DNA from: an uncultured Acetobacteraceae bacterium
Lineage (GTDB): Bacteria > Pseudomonadota > Alphaproteobacteria > Acetobacterales > Acetobacteraceae
Direction of reading: 5' to 3'
DNA length: 14,079 nt
Assembly: GCA_902805625.1 (NCBI GenBank)
Contig: CADCTL010000148.1
Span: forward strand, 1 to 14,079
In this document: piece after piece, positions 1 through 9,701 of the stretch
Layout of the letters: each line of letters opens with the position of its first letter
How positions within the stretch are numbered: the stretch's first letter is position 1
Position numbers and translations under genes: made by a program
Notes under the pieces: generated by a model
What the model was told of the DNA's origin: nothing
The model's database searches: none
Seen by the model: the letters and a program-made list of their open reading frames with translations, nothing else

Positions 1-137
1 GCTCCCGCGCGGTGTATGAATCGGCGCGGCGGGCCCTGCTCTCGCCGCAATGCAATCCGCTGAAGGTGCCGGCCGCCAAGCTGCCCACGCTCATGGCGTC
101 CACCTTCCGCTTCAATCCCAGGGGCCTTGTCCGATGA
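1..137 (+). CDS. tolA: 3' end of upstream gene, probably TolA C-terminal domain (partial, 5' end off-window)
   Basis: Frame 3 is open from the window edge to TGA at 135-137. It translates as ...[31 protein letters not shown], and a C-terminal TFRFNPR-type ending resembles TolA/TonB C-terminal domains. Position immediately upstream of tolB fits tolQRA-tolB-pal order. The stop overlaps the tolB ATG (ATGA). Confidence 0.4.
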   Translation, partial: SRAVYESARRALLSPQCNPLKVPAAKLPTLMASTFRFNPRGLVR

Positions 138-1498
138 CGACCAATTCCAGCCACCCGACGCTCGGCCGCCGCGCCGCGCTGGGCGCCGCCGCCGCCGCCG
201 GCCTCGTCGGGCCGGGCCTGTCGCCGCGCTCTGCGCGCGCGCAGGGAGCGGTGATCGACATCACGCGCGCCCGCACTGAGCCCATCCCGATCGCGGTGCC
301 GGACTTCGCCGGCGCGGGCGACGCGCAGCGCTTGGGGCGCGACATCGCCGAGGTGGTGCTGAGCAACCTCCGCTCGTCCGGCCTGTTCCGCCCGGTGCAG
401 CGCGCCGCCTTCATCCAGACCGCCGAGGCCGCCGCGCAGGCGCCGCGCTTCCAGGACTGGCGCGTGATCGGCGCGCAGGCGCTCACCACCGGGCGCGCGG
501 ACCTCCAGGGCGACCGGCTACGCGTGGAGTTCCGCTTGTGGGACGTGCTGCCGGAGCAGCAGTTGCAGGGCACCGCCTTCACCGCGCCGCCGGCCAACTG
601 GCGCCGCATCGCCCATCTCATCTCGGACGTGATCTACGAGCGGCTGCTCGGCGAAAAGGGCTACTTCGATACGCGCGTGGCCTACATCGCGGAGAGCGGC
701 CCGCGCGACCGCCGCAGCCGGCGCTTGGCCATCATGGACCAGGACGGGCAGAACCACCGCTTCCTCACGGACGGCTCCGCCGCCGCGCTGACGCCGCGCT
801 TCCACCCGAACGCGCAGCAGATCGCCTTCATGTCCTACGCGCAGAACCAGCCGCGCGTGCATCTGTTCAGCCTGGAGAGCGGCCGGCAGGAGGTGCTGGG
901 CAACTTCCCCGGCATGACGCTCTCGCCGCGCTTCTCCCCGGACGGTCGGAGCGTGGTGCTGTCCTCCACCCGCGGCGCCGACGCCAACATCTACGTGGTG
1001 GACCTCGCTTCGCGGCGGGAGCGGCAGCTCACCTCGGGAGGCGGGCTGGACGTGTCGCCCTGCTTCTCGCCGGACGGGGCGCAGGTGGTGTTCAACTCCG
1101 ACCGCGGCGGCGACCAGCAGCTCTACGTCATGTCGGCCGACGGCGGGAACATTCGCCGCATCTCCTTCGGGCGCGGGCGCTACGCGACGCCCGTGTGGTC
1201 GCCGCGGGGCGACCTGATCGCCTTCACCCGCATCGCCGGCGGGCAGTTCGCCATCGGCGTGATGCGCCCTGACGGCTCGGGCGAGCGCATCCTGTCGGAG
1301 GGCTGGGGCATGGAAAGCCCGACCTTCGCGCCCAACGGCCGGGTGATGATGTTTTTCCGCGAGAGCCCGGCCCGCGACTCGCGCGGCGGCGGCTACTCCT
1401 CGCGCCTCGCCTCCATCGACATCTCCGGCTTCAACGAGCGGCAGATCGTGACCCCGGCCGACGCTTCCGACCCCGCTTGGTCGCCTTTGTTGTCCTGA
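134..1498 (+). CDS. tolB: Tol-Pal system beta-propeller periplasmic protein TolB
   Basis: The 482-aa frame ends at 1498. The product is TolB-like throughout: an N-terminal TolB domain (PIAVPDF...[21 protein letters not shown]) followed by repeated beta-propeller blades ([25 protein letters not shown]). The likely start is ATG 134 ([24 protein letters not shown]..., signal peptide). ATG 50 in the track would overlap the tolA tail. Confidence 0.9.
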   Translation: MTTNSSHPTLGRRAALGAAAAAGLVGPGLSPRSARAQGAVIDITRARTEPIPIAVPDFAGAGDAQRLGRDIAEVVLSNLRSSGLFRPVQRAAFIQTAEAAAQAPRFQDWRVIGAQALTTGRADLQGDRLRVEFRLWDVLPEQQLQGTAFTAPPANWRRIAHLISDVIYERLLGEKGYFDTRVAYIAESGPRDRRSRRLAIMDQDGQNHRFLTDGSAAALTPRFHPNAQQIAFMSYAQNQPRVHLFSLESGRQEVLGNFPGMTLSPRFSPDGRSVVLSSTRGADANIYVVDLASRRERQLTSGGGLDVSPCFSPDGAQVVFNSDRGGDQQLYVMSADGGNIRRISFGRGRYATPVWSPRGDLIAFTRIAGGQFAIGVMRPDGSGERILSEGWGMESPTFAPNGRVMMFFRESPARDSRGGGYSSRLASIDISGFNERQIVTPADASDPAWSPLLS

Positions 1499-1641
1499 CG
1501 GCCGCACCCCGGGCGGAAAACGCGCGGAGCCCAGCGCGGATCGCTTGACCCTCGTGCCGCGAAAGTTGTAGCGCCGGAATGCTATTCAACGGCTCCGATG
1601 GCCGGCGGCGAGCCGCCGCCTTTCAGCGAAGGGACCTCGGC

Positions 1642-2124
1642 ATGACCACACAGAAGCTCTTCGGCGCCTTGGCGGCGGTCGCGCTCCTCGCCGCGTGCGG
1701 GTCCGACAGCGACAGCAACCGGGCCGCCACCGGCACGGGCGGCGTCGGCGGCAGCGGCTCCGTGCGCCCCGGCAGCCAGGAGGACCTAGTGGCCAACATC
1801 GGCGACCGGGTGTTCTTCGAAACCGACCGCGCCAACATCCGCGCCGACCAGCGCCCGGCGCTGGAGCGGCAGGCCCGCTGGATGCAGCAGCACGCGCAGG
1901 TGCAGGTCTCGGTGGAAGGCCACGCGGACGAGCGCGGCACGCGCGAGTACAACCTGGCGCTCGGCCAGCGCCGCGCCAACGCGGCGCGCGACGTGCTGGT
2001 CGCCAGCGGCGTGTCCGGCGCGCGCGTGTCCACCATCTCCTACGGCAAGGACCGGCCGACGGCGCTCGGTTCCACGGAAGACGCATGGGCGCAGAACCGC
2101 CGCGCCGTCACGGTGGTCCGCTAG
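1642..2124 (+). CDS. pal: Peptidoglycan-associated lipoprotein Pal (OmpA-like domain)
   Basis: ATG 1642 is preceded by GAAGGGA 7 nt upstream. The signal peptide has a lipobox (ALLAAC-GSDSD). The OmpA-family C-terminal domain is present (FFETDRANIRADQRPALERQARWMQ...VEGHADERGTREYNLALGQRRANAARDVLVASGV). The gene lies between tolB and cpoB. Confidence 0.9.
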   Translation: MTTQKLFGALAAVALLAACGSDSDSNRAATGTGGVGGSGSVRPGSQEDLVANIGDRVFFETDRANIRADQRPALERQARWMQQHAQVQVSVEGHADERGTREYNLALGQRRANAARDVLVASGVSGARVSTISYGKDRPTALGSTEDAWAQNRRAVTVVR

Positions 2125-2179
2125 CGATCCCCGGGCGCGCCGGGTAATCAGCGCGGCGCCGCTCGACCGGAGTGCCTCC

Positions 2180-3046
2180 ATGCGACGACGCGCGCCCGCC
2201 GCCCTGATCATCGCCGCCTCGCTGCTGGGCGGCGCCACGACCGTCTCGGTCCGCCCGGCGTTGTCCCAGGCCGAGAGCCGCGAGGGCATCTACCTGCAAA
2301 ACCAAATCCTCCAACTCCGCCAGGAGCTGGAAGGGCTGCGGCGCGGAGGGGGCGGCCCCGCCCTGGCCGCGCCCGTGCCGCGCGGCGGCGGCGCTGCGCC
2401 GTCCGGCGAGCTGTTGAACCAACTTCTCGACCGGGTGGGCGCGCTGGAGGAGGAGGTGCGCCGGATGCGCGGGCGCTTGGACGAAACCGACTTCCGCAAC
2501 CGCCAACTGTCCCAGGCGGTGGAGAAGCTGCAAGGCGACGTGGATTTCCGCTTCCAGCAATTGGAAGGCGGCGGCGGTGGCGGCAGGCCACGGGGGGGAG
2601 GGTCGGCCGCGGTCGAGTCCGCCCCTGCCGCGCCCCGGTCCCCGCCGCCTGCACCCGGCCCGCGCACGCCCGAGCGCGCCCTTTCGGAAGGGCAAGCGGC
2701 GCTCAACCGCCGCGACTACGCCGCCGCCGAAGCCGCCGCGCGCGAAGCGCTCGCCGCGCGCAACTCCCCCCGCGCCGCCGACGCGCAGATGCTGCTGGCG
2801 GACGCCCTGGCCGGGAAGCGCGACAACGCCGGCGCGGCGCTGGCCTACAACGACGCCTATGTGCGCGGCCGCACCAGCCCGCGGGCGCCGGACGCGCTGC
2901 TCGGCCTGGCCGGGTCCTTCGCGAACCTCGGCCACCGACGGGAGGCCTGCGACACGTTGGACGACCTCCGCAGCAACTTCCCGAACCTGCGGCCGGCGCA
3001 AGCGCAGCGCGCGGCTGAAACTCGGCAACGCGCCGGGTGCCGTTGA
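2180..3046 (+). CDS. cpoB: Tol-Pal system protein CpoB/YbgF (N-terminal coiled coil, Gly/Pro linker, C-terminal TPR)
   Basis: ATG 2180 has GGAG 7 nt upstream. The product has a signal peptide, a coiled-coil segment (IYLQNQILQLRQELEGLRR...LEEEVRRMRGRLDETDFRNRQL) and a C-terminal TPR-like region (AALAYNDAYVRGRTSPRAPDALLGLAGSFANLGHRREACDTLDDL). The position after pal is canonical. Confidence 0.85.
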   Translation: MRRRAPAALIIAASLLGGATTVSVRPALSQAESREGIYLQNQILQLRQELEGLRRGGGGPALAAPVPRGGGAAPSGELLNQLLDRVGALEEEVRRMRGRLDETDFRNRQLSQAVEKLQGDVDFRFQQLEGGGGGGRPRGGGSAAVESAPAAPRSPPPAPGPRTPERALSEGQAALNRRDYAAAEAAAREALAARNSPRAADAQMLLADALAGKRDNAGAALAYNDAYVRGRTSPRAPDALLGLAGSFANLGHRREACDTLDDLRSNFPNLRPAQAQRAAETRQRAGCR

Positions 3047-3050
3047 CGCG

Positions 3051-4307
3051 GTGAGCGGAGCGGCCGGACCGCTGGGCCAGGCCGAATTCGACTCACTGAT
3101 GGCGCCGCTCGGCCCGTTCGGCGCGGCGCCCCGCCTTGCGGCCGGCGTGTCCGGCGGCCCCCACAGCCTCGCACTCGCGCTGCTCGCGGCGGATTGGGCG
3201 CGTCGGCGGGGCGGCGATCTGCTCGCCCTGGTGGTGGATCACGGCTTGCGGCCGGAAAGCGAGGCCGAGGCCGACGGGGTTCTCGCTATGCTCGGCCGAA
3301 GCGGGATCGAGGGCCGAACGCTGCGGCTGGGCCTCCCGCCCGGGGCGGGCTTGCAGGAACGGGCGAGGGGCGCGCGGCTCGCGGTCATGCTCGAAGCCTG
3401 CGCCGCGGCGGGGCGGCCCTGGCTCCTGCTCGGCCACCACCGCGCGGACCAAGCGGAAACCGTGCTGTTCCGGGCGTTGCGGGGCAGCGGGCCGTTCGGC
3501 CTCGCGGCCATGGCGCCGACGCGGGCGGAGGCGGCGGCGCTGGTGCTCCGGCCGTTGCTCGGCGCGGCCCCGGCGCGGCTGGACGCGGTGGTGGGAGCGG
3601 CCGGCCTCCAGCCTGTGCGCGACCCGACCAACGCCGACCCGCGCTTCGCCCGCACCGAGTTGCGGCGCGCCCTGGCGGACCCGGCCGGAACCGGGCTGGC
3701 CGTTTCGGCGCTGGCGGACGCAGCCTCGGCGTTCGGGCTTCGGCGAACGGAAGCGAGCGCGGCGCTGGCGTCGCGCTTGGCCGCCACCGCCCGCCTCCAT
3801 CCAGAAGGCCACGCCGCCGTCGATCTCCGGGCCCTCGGCGACGACGGGCTGGCGGACGCGGCGCTGGCTGCGCTGATCCGCGCCGTCGGCGGGGCCGAAC
3901 GGCCGCCTCCGGTCGCGGCTGTGCGGCGCCTCCGACGGCAACGGGGAGGCGGCACGATCGCCGGCGCGTGGCTGCGCCAGGGTAGGGGCGCCTCCATTTG
4001 CCGGGTTCTGCGCGAGCCGGGCGCGATGCGGCCGGCGGTTCCGGCGCTGCGCGGCGCCCTCTGGGACGGGCGGTTCCGCTTGGTGGGTCCGGGCGCGCCG
4101 GATTGCGTCATCGGCGCCCTCGGGCCGCCTCCGCCGGACGTGCGGAAGGCCGCGCGAGGGCTGCCCGCGACGGTGCTCGCGACATTTCCCGCCGTCTGGC
4201 GCGACGGCGCGCTGGTGGCGGTGCCCGCGCTGCTTTATCCTGAGTCGGAGACATGCGCGCGTTTCGCACTGGTCTTTGCCCCGGCGGGCGGCCCGGTCGC
4301 CGGTTGA
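3051..4307 (+). CDS. tilS: tRNA(Ile)-lysidine synthetase TilS (PP-loop ATPase)
   Basis: A PP-loop-like motif (GVSGGPHSLALALL) is followed by LVVDHGLRPESEAEA, HHRADQAETVLFRALRGSGPFGLAAM and RPLLGAAPARL...DPTNADPRFARTELR, all typical of TilS. The start is taken as GTG 3051, directly after the cpoB stop. ATG 3099 (MAPLGPFG...) is an alternative. The 2577 start in the track lies inside cpoB. Confidence 0.85.
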   Translation: MSGAAGPLGQAEFDSLMAPLGPFGAAPRLAAGVSGGPHSLALALLAADWARRRGGDLLALVVDHGLRPESEAEADGVLAMLGRSGIEGRTLRLGLPPGAGLQERARGARLAVMLEACAAAGRPWLLLGHHRADQAETVLFRALRGSGPFGLAAMAPTRAEAAALVLRPLLGAAPARLDAVVGAAGLQPVRDPTNADPRFARTELRRALADPAGTGLAVSALADAASAFGLRRTEASAALASRLAATARLHPEGHAAVDLRALGDDGLADAALAALIRAVGGAERPPPVAAVRRLRRQRGGGTIAGAWLRQGRGASICRVLREPGAMRPAVPALRGALWDGRFRLVGPGAPDCVIGALGPPPPDVRKAARGLPATVLATFPAVWRDGALVAVPALLYPESETCARFALVFAPAGGPVAG

Positions 4308-4461
4308 GGCCAGCGTTTGCCCGTGCGCGAGCGGACGTGCGAAGCTGGCCCATTCCAAGCCGGCGTGACCGACCCCATCTCCCGGAAGCAGGGTTTCGGG
4401 GCGTGGTGCCTGAACCAACCGTCCCCGAACCGGGACCCTGGCTGACACGGGATGCACATCG

Positions 4462-6393
4462 GTGAACAATTTCGGACGTAACCTGGCGCTTTGGGTGATC
4501 GTCGCGCTGCTGCTGGTGGCGCTGTTCAACCTGTTCCAGCCCTCCTCGACGGGGGGCAGGGGCGCTCAGGCCTTCGCCTACAGCGACTTCCTGACGGAGG
4601 TCGGGGCCGGCCACGTCCGAGAGGTCGTGATTCAAGGTCGTACCGTGAGCGGCACGCTCGGCGACGGCCGCACCTTCCAGACCTACACCCCGGAGGACCC
4701 GGCCCTCGTCAGCCGGCTCACCGAGAAGGGCGTGCGGGTGGTGGCGCGGGCGGAGGAGAACGACGTCCACCCGCTCTTCCAGTACCTGCTGTCCTGGTTC
4801 CCCATGCTGCTGCTGATCGGCGTCTGGGTGTTCTTCATGCGCCAGATGCAGTCGGGCGGCGGCCGGGCCATGGGCTTCGGTAAGAGCCGCGCCCGCCTGC
4901 TCACGGAAAAGCAGGGCCGCATCACCTTCGAGGATGTGGCCGGCATCGACGAGGCCAAGAGCGAGCTGGAAGAGATCGTCGAGTTCCTGCGCGATCCGCA
5001 GAAGTTCCAGCGCCTCGGCGGCAAGATCCCGAAGGGCGTGCTGCTGGTGGGCCCGCCGGGCACCGGCAAGACCTTGCTCGCCCGCGCCATCGCCGGCGAG
5101 GCCAACGTGCCGTTCTTCACCATCTCCGGCTCCGACTTCGTGGAGATGTTCGTGGGCGTCGGCGCCTCCCGCGTCCGCGACATGTTCGAGCAGGGCAAGA
5201 AGAATGCCCCCTGCATCATCTTCATCGACGAGATCGACGCGGTGGGCCGCCACCGCGGCGCGGGCCTGGGCGGCGGCAACGACGAGCGCGAGCAAACCCT
5301 GAACCAGATGCTCGTGGAGATGGACGGCTTCGAGTCGAACGAGGGCGTCATCCTCATCGCCGCCACCAACCGCCCGGACGTGCTCGACCCCGCGCTGCTC
5401 CGCCCCGGCCGCTTCGACCGTCAGGTCGTGGTGCCGAACCCGGACGTGATGGGCCGCGAAAAGATCCTCCGCGTCCACATGCGGAAGGTGCCGCTGGCCT
5501 CCGACGTGGAGCCCAAGACCATCGCGCGCGGCACGCCCGGCTTCTCGGGTGCCGACCTCGCCAACTTGGTGAACGAGGCGGCGCTGCTCGCGGCCCGCAC
5601 CGGCCGCCGCACGGTGGGCATGTACGAGTTCGAGCAGGCCAAGGACAAGGTGCTGATGGGGACGGAGCGCCGCTCCCTCGTGATGAGCGAGGACGAGAAG
5701 CGCATGACCGCCTACCACGAGGCGGGACACGCCCTGTCGGCGCTGCACCTGCCGGAGTGCGATCCGGTCCACAAGGCCACCATCATCCCGCGCGGCCGGG
5801 CGCTCGGCTTGGTCATGTCGCTGCCCGAGGGCGACCGCTACTCCAAGCACAAGAGCAAGCTGCTGTCCGAGCTGGCAATGGCGATGGGCGGGCGCGTGGC
5901 GGAGGAGCTGATCTTCGGGCCGGACAAGGTTTCCAACGGCGCCTCGGGCGACATCAAGATGGCCACCGACCAGACGCGGCGCATGGTCACGGAGTGGGGC
6001 ATGTCCGAGAAGCTCGGCATGATCGCCTACGGCGAGAACAGCCAGGAGGTGTTCCTGGGCCACTCCGTCACCCAGTCGAAGAACCTGTCGGAAGAAACGG
6101 CGCGGCAGATCGACGGCGAGATCCGCCGGATCATCGACGACGCCTACGCGCGCTGCCGGCAGATCCTGTCGGAGAACATCGACGAACTGCACCTGCTGGC
6201 CAAAGGCCTGCTGGAGCACGAGACGCTCTCGGGCGACGAGATCCGGCTGGTGATCAAGGGCGAGCCGGTGGTGCGGAGCCGGCCGGACGAGCCGGTCGCC
6301 GCCGGGCGCGGCAGCGTGCCGACCTCGGGCCGGGCGCCGCGGCCAGGATCCAGCCCCGGTGGCCTCAACCCGGCGCCCGCGCCGGGAACCTAG
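4462..6393 (+). CDS. ftsH: ATP-dependent zinc metalloprotease FtsH (AAA+ ATPase plus M41 peptidase)
   Basis: GTG start gives [25 protein letters not shown], an N-terminal TM helix. Walker A (GPPGTGKT), Walker B (IIFIDEIDA), SRH region ([21 protein letters not shown]) and the zinc HEXXH motif (HEAGHAL) are all present. The protein is 643 aa with a Pro/Gly-rich C-tail. Confidence 0.97.
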   Translation: MNNFGRNLALWVIVALLLVALFNLFQPSSTGGRGAQAFAYSDFLTEVGAGHVREVVIQGRTVSGTLGDGRTFQTYTPEDPALVSRLTEKGVRVVARAEENDVHPLFQYLLSWFPMLLLIGVWVFFMRQMQSGGGRAMGFGKSRARLLTEKQGRITFEDVAGIDEAKSELEEIVEFLRDPQKFQRLGGKIPKGVLLVGPPGTGKTLLARAIAGEANVPFFTISGSDFVEMFVGVGASRVRDMFEQGKKNAPCIIFIDEIDAVGRHRGAGLGGGNDEREQTLNQMLVEMDGFESNEGVILIAATNRPDVLDPALLRPGRFDRQVVVPNPDVMGREKILRVHMRKVPLASDVEPKTIARGTPGFSGADLANLVNEAALLAARTGRRTVGMYEFEQAKDKVLMGTERRSLVMSEDEKRMTAYHEAGHALSALHLPECDPVHKATIIPRGRALGLVMSLPEGDRYSKHKSKLLSELAMAMGGRVAEELIFGPDKVSNGASGDIKMATDQTRRMVTEWGMSEKLGMIAYGENSQEVFLGHSVTQSKNLSEETARQIDGEIRRIIDDAYARCRQILSENIDELHLLAKGLLEHETLSGDEIRLVIKGEPVVRSRPDEPVAAGRGSVPTSGRAPRPGSSPGGLNPAPAPGT

Positions 6394-6405
6394 CCACCGG
6401 CGGCC

Positions 6406-7449
6406 ATGTCGGACGAGAGGTGGGTGGAGCCGCTGGACCTGGCGACAGGTCCAGCGGCTTTTCACATGGTGCAGAGCGGCGCGGGGCTGCCGTTCCAGGG
6501 CGGGCCCTCGGCCTTCTCCGTGGCGCGGTTGATTGAAGGGCGCATGGACCGGGGCGTGGTTTCCGCGTCGCGCGTGCCCGAAGCATGGGCAACGGTGCTG
6601 GCCCGCGTCACGGCCGCGCCGCCGGCCTTCGCCGGGCTCCCCACGGATCGGCCCCTGGTCATGGGCATCGTCAACGTCACGCCGGACAGCTTTTCCGGCG
6701 ACGGCCTGGAAGCGGCTGAGGACGCCATCGCCCGCGGCCACGCCATGCTGGAGGCGGGCGCCGATCTCCTCGACATAGGCGGCGAATCGACGCGGCCCGG
6801 CGCGGAACCCGTGCCGCCAGAAGAGGAGATGCGCCGCGTTCTGCCCGTCGTGCGCGCCCTCGCCGCGGCGGCGCCGGTTTCCATAGACACCCGCAACGCC
6901 GCGACCATGCGGGCGGCGCTGGACGCGGGCGCGCGGATCGTGAACGACATCAGCGCGCTCCGGTACGACCCCGGCGCCATGGCCGCCGTCGCCGAGCGCG
7001 GGGCGCCGGTGGTGCTCATGCACATGCTGGGCCTGGACTCCCGCGACATGCAGCGCGACCCGCGCTACGGCGACGCGGCGTTGGAGGTGGCGGAGTTCCT
7101 GCGCGAACGGGTGGAGGCGGCGGAGCGCGCCGGCATCCCGCGCGACCGGATCGCGGTGGACCCCGGCATCGGCTTCGGCAAGACGATCCCGCACAACCTC
7201 GCCCTGGTCGGGCGGCTGCCGTTGCTGGCGGGCCTCGGCTGCCGCGTCCTCCTGGGCGTGTCCCGCAAAAGGTCGCTCGGCGTCATCTCGGGCGAGGCCG
7301 CCGCCGGTCGGCGCGTCGCGCCCAGCGTCGCCGCCGCGTTGTGCGGCGTGGGGCGCGGCGCCGCGATGGTGCGCGTCCACGACGTGGCGGAAACCGTGCA
7401 GGCCTTGCGCGTGTGGCGGGCCTGCGCCGCCGGCGAGGCCCTTGCTTGA
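6406..7449 (+). CDS. folP: Dihydropteroate synthase FolP (start uncertain; possible N-terminal extension)
   Basis: The Pterin-binding DHPS core is clear: VMGIVNVTPDSFSGDG, DIGGESTRPGAEPV, IVNDISAL, VLMHMLG, DPGIGFGK, SRKR, MVRVHDV. The conserved ftsH-folP-glmM order is kept. ATG 6406 gives 347 aa, about 60 aa longer than typical DHPS. Alternative starts are ATG 6544 (GAAGGG SD 6-11 nt upstream), GTG 6595 and ATG 6661. Confidence 0.85.
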   Translation: MSDERWVEPLDLATGPAAFHMVQSGAGLPFQGGPSAFSVARLIEGRMDRGVVSASRVPEAWATVLARVTAAPPAFAGLPTDRPLVMGIVNVTPDSFSGDGLEAAEDAIARGHAMLEAGADLLDIGGESTRPGAEPVPPEEEMRRVLPVVRALAAAAPVSIDTRNAATMRAALDAGARIVNDISALRYDPGAMAAVAERGAPVVLMHMLGLDSRDMQRDPRYGDAALEVAEFLRERVEAAERAGIPRDRIAVDPGIGFGKTIPHNLALVGRLPLLAGLGCRVLLGVSRKRSLGVISGEAAAGRRVAPSVAAALCGVGRGAAMVRVHDVAETVQALRVWRACAAGEALA

Positions 7450-7533
7450 GCGCGGCCGGCAGCGCAGCGGAATGAATGGACCCGCCGCCCCGGCAGCGTT
7501 ACAGCACAGTGTTCTCGGAGCCCCCGCAGCGCC

Positions 7534-8904
<1,371 letters not shown>

Positions 8905-8939
8905 CGCCGCAAGCCGAGGGCACGATGTCGGGCCGCGCC

Positions 8940-9026
8940 GGCTTCCGACGGGTGCTTGTTGCAGAAACGATTATAAACCAGCAAACGTTAGTGTTGTAGG
9001 GAGCAAAATCCCCTCCAGGTTGGGAC
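8940..9026 (+). promoter_or_regulatory. AT-rich intergenic patch, likely promoter/leader of the yqiJ-yqiK-like operon
   Basis: Sequence cttgttgcagaaacgattataaaccagcaaacgttagtgttgtagggagcaaaatcccctccaggttgggac is only about 45% GC against a ~70% background. It contains TTGCAG/TTGTTG and TATAAA-like hexamers, a GGAG..caaaatccc..CTCC inverted repeat, and an AGG SD-like element before ATG 9027. Exact -35/-10 boxes are not resolved. Confidence 0.3.
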
Positions 9027-9701
9027 ATGCTCTCGTTCCTGTTGCTGCCCGACAACGTCCTCTTCCTCGCCGCCGCGGCTTTCGTCGGGGCCCTGGCTGT
9101 GGCGGAGGTAGTTCTTCTCGCGCTCGGGGCGTCCCTCGAATCATTTGCCGGCCAGGACGGCGGCGCGCCGGACGCCGAGGGCGCGGGGGAGTTGCTCGCT
9201 TGGCTGGGCCTGGGACGGGTGCCGCTCTCGGTCTTCCTGGTCACGCTCGCGGCGGGCTTCGCCGGGTGCGGCTTCGCGCTCCAGGGGACGGCGCTGGCGT
9301 CGTTCGGCGCCCCCGTGCCCTGGCCGCTGGCCGCGCCGGGGGCGCTCGCCGCGTGTTTGCCGCTCACGGCTTACGCGACGGCCGGCCTCGCCCACCTCGT
9401 TCCGCGCGAAGAAAGCCACGGCACCAGGCGGGAGGAGTTGGTGGGGCGGCAAGGCGTCGTCGTCCAGGGGACGGCCAGGGCCGACCTCCCGGCCGAAGCC
9501 CGCGTACCGGACGCCCGCGGCCGGCCGCTCTACGTCGGCGTCGTCCCCGCCGAAGGCCGCGGTCCCATCCCGCAAGGCACGCGCGTCACCATCATCGGGC
9601 GGAAAGGGATCAACTTCGTCGCCGAACCGGCCGCCGACGCCGCCGGCCCCGCCCCGGCGGCCCCATCACGACCACCGACGAGCGGAAAGGCTCCCCGATG
9701 A
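9027..9701 (+). CDS. yqiJ: YqiJ-family (DUF1449) inner-membrane protein with C-terminal NfeD-like OB-fold; partner of flotillin
   Basis: The 224-aa product has hydrophobic N-terminal helices, the motifs LGLGRVPLSVFLV and LVPREES (matching YqiJ LGRVP / IPRDES from memory), then a short beta-rich C-domain (GRQGVVVQGTA...GTRVTIIGRKGINFVAEP) like the NfeD OB-fold. Its stop overlaps the next gene's start (ATGA at 9698-9701). GC3 is high across the whole frame. Confidence 0.65.
   Translation: MLSFLLLPDNVLFLAAAAFVGALAVAEVVLLALGASLESFAGQDGGAPDAEGAGELLAWLGLGRVPLSVFLVTLAAGFAGCGFALQGTALASFGAPVPWPLAAPGALAACLPLTAYATAGLAHLVPREESHGTRREELVGRQGVVVQGTARADLPAEARVPDARGRPLYVGVVPAEGRGPIPQGTRVTIIGRKGINFVAEPAADAAGPAPAAPSRPPTSGKAPR

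Noticed and set aside
50-133. Upstream in-frame ATG 50 as tolB start ([10 protein letters not shown]...)
   Set aside because: It would overlap the tolA C-terminus in another frame by ~85 nt and place 28 non-signal residues before the signal peptide. ATG 134, with the ATGA overlap to the tolA stop, is the more plausible start.
2129-2145. Palindrome CCCGGGCGCGCCGGG after pal as a terminator
   Set aside because: It can form only a ~5-bp stem and is followed by TAATCAGC, not a U-tract. That is insufficient to call an intrinsic terminator; it looks like an incidental GC palindrome.
518-4529. Several long minus-strand ORFs (518-1507, 2108-3028, 3093-4529, 3239-4111) opposite tolB, cpoB and tilS
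   Set aside because: They are antisense to motif-supported genes and have Arg/Pro/Gly-dominated composition. They are GC artefacts.
7456-7498. 9-bp direct repeat CCGGCAGCG twice (7456-7464, 7490-7498) in the folP-glmM spacer
   Set aside because: Short GC-rich repeats like this are expected by chance at this composition. There is no second copy or palindromic symmetry to suggest a regulator site. It is mentioned only for completeness.
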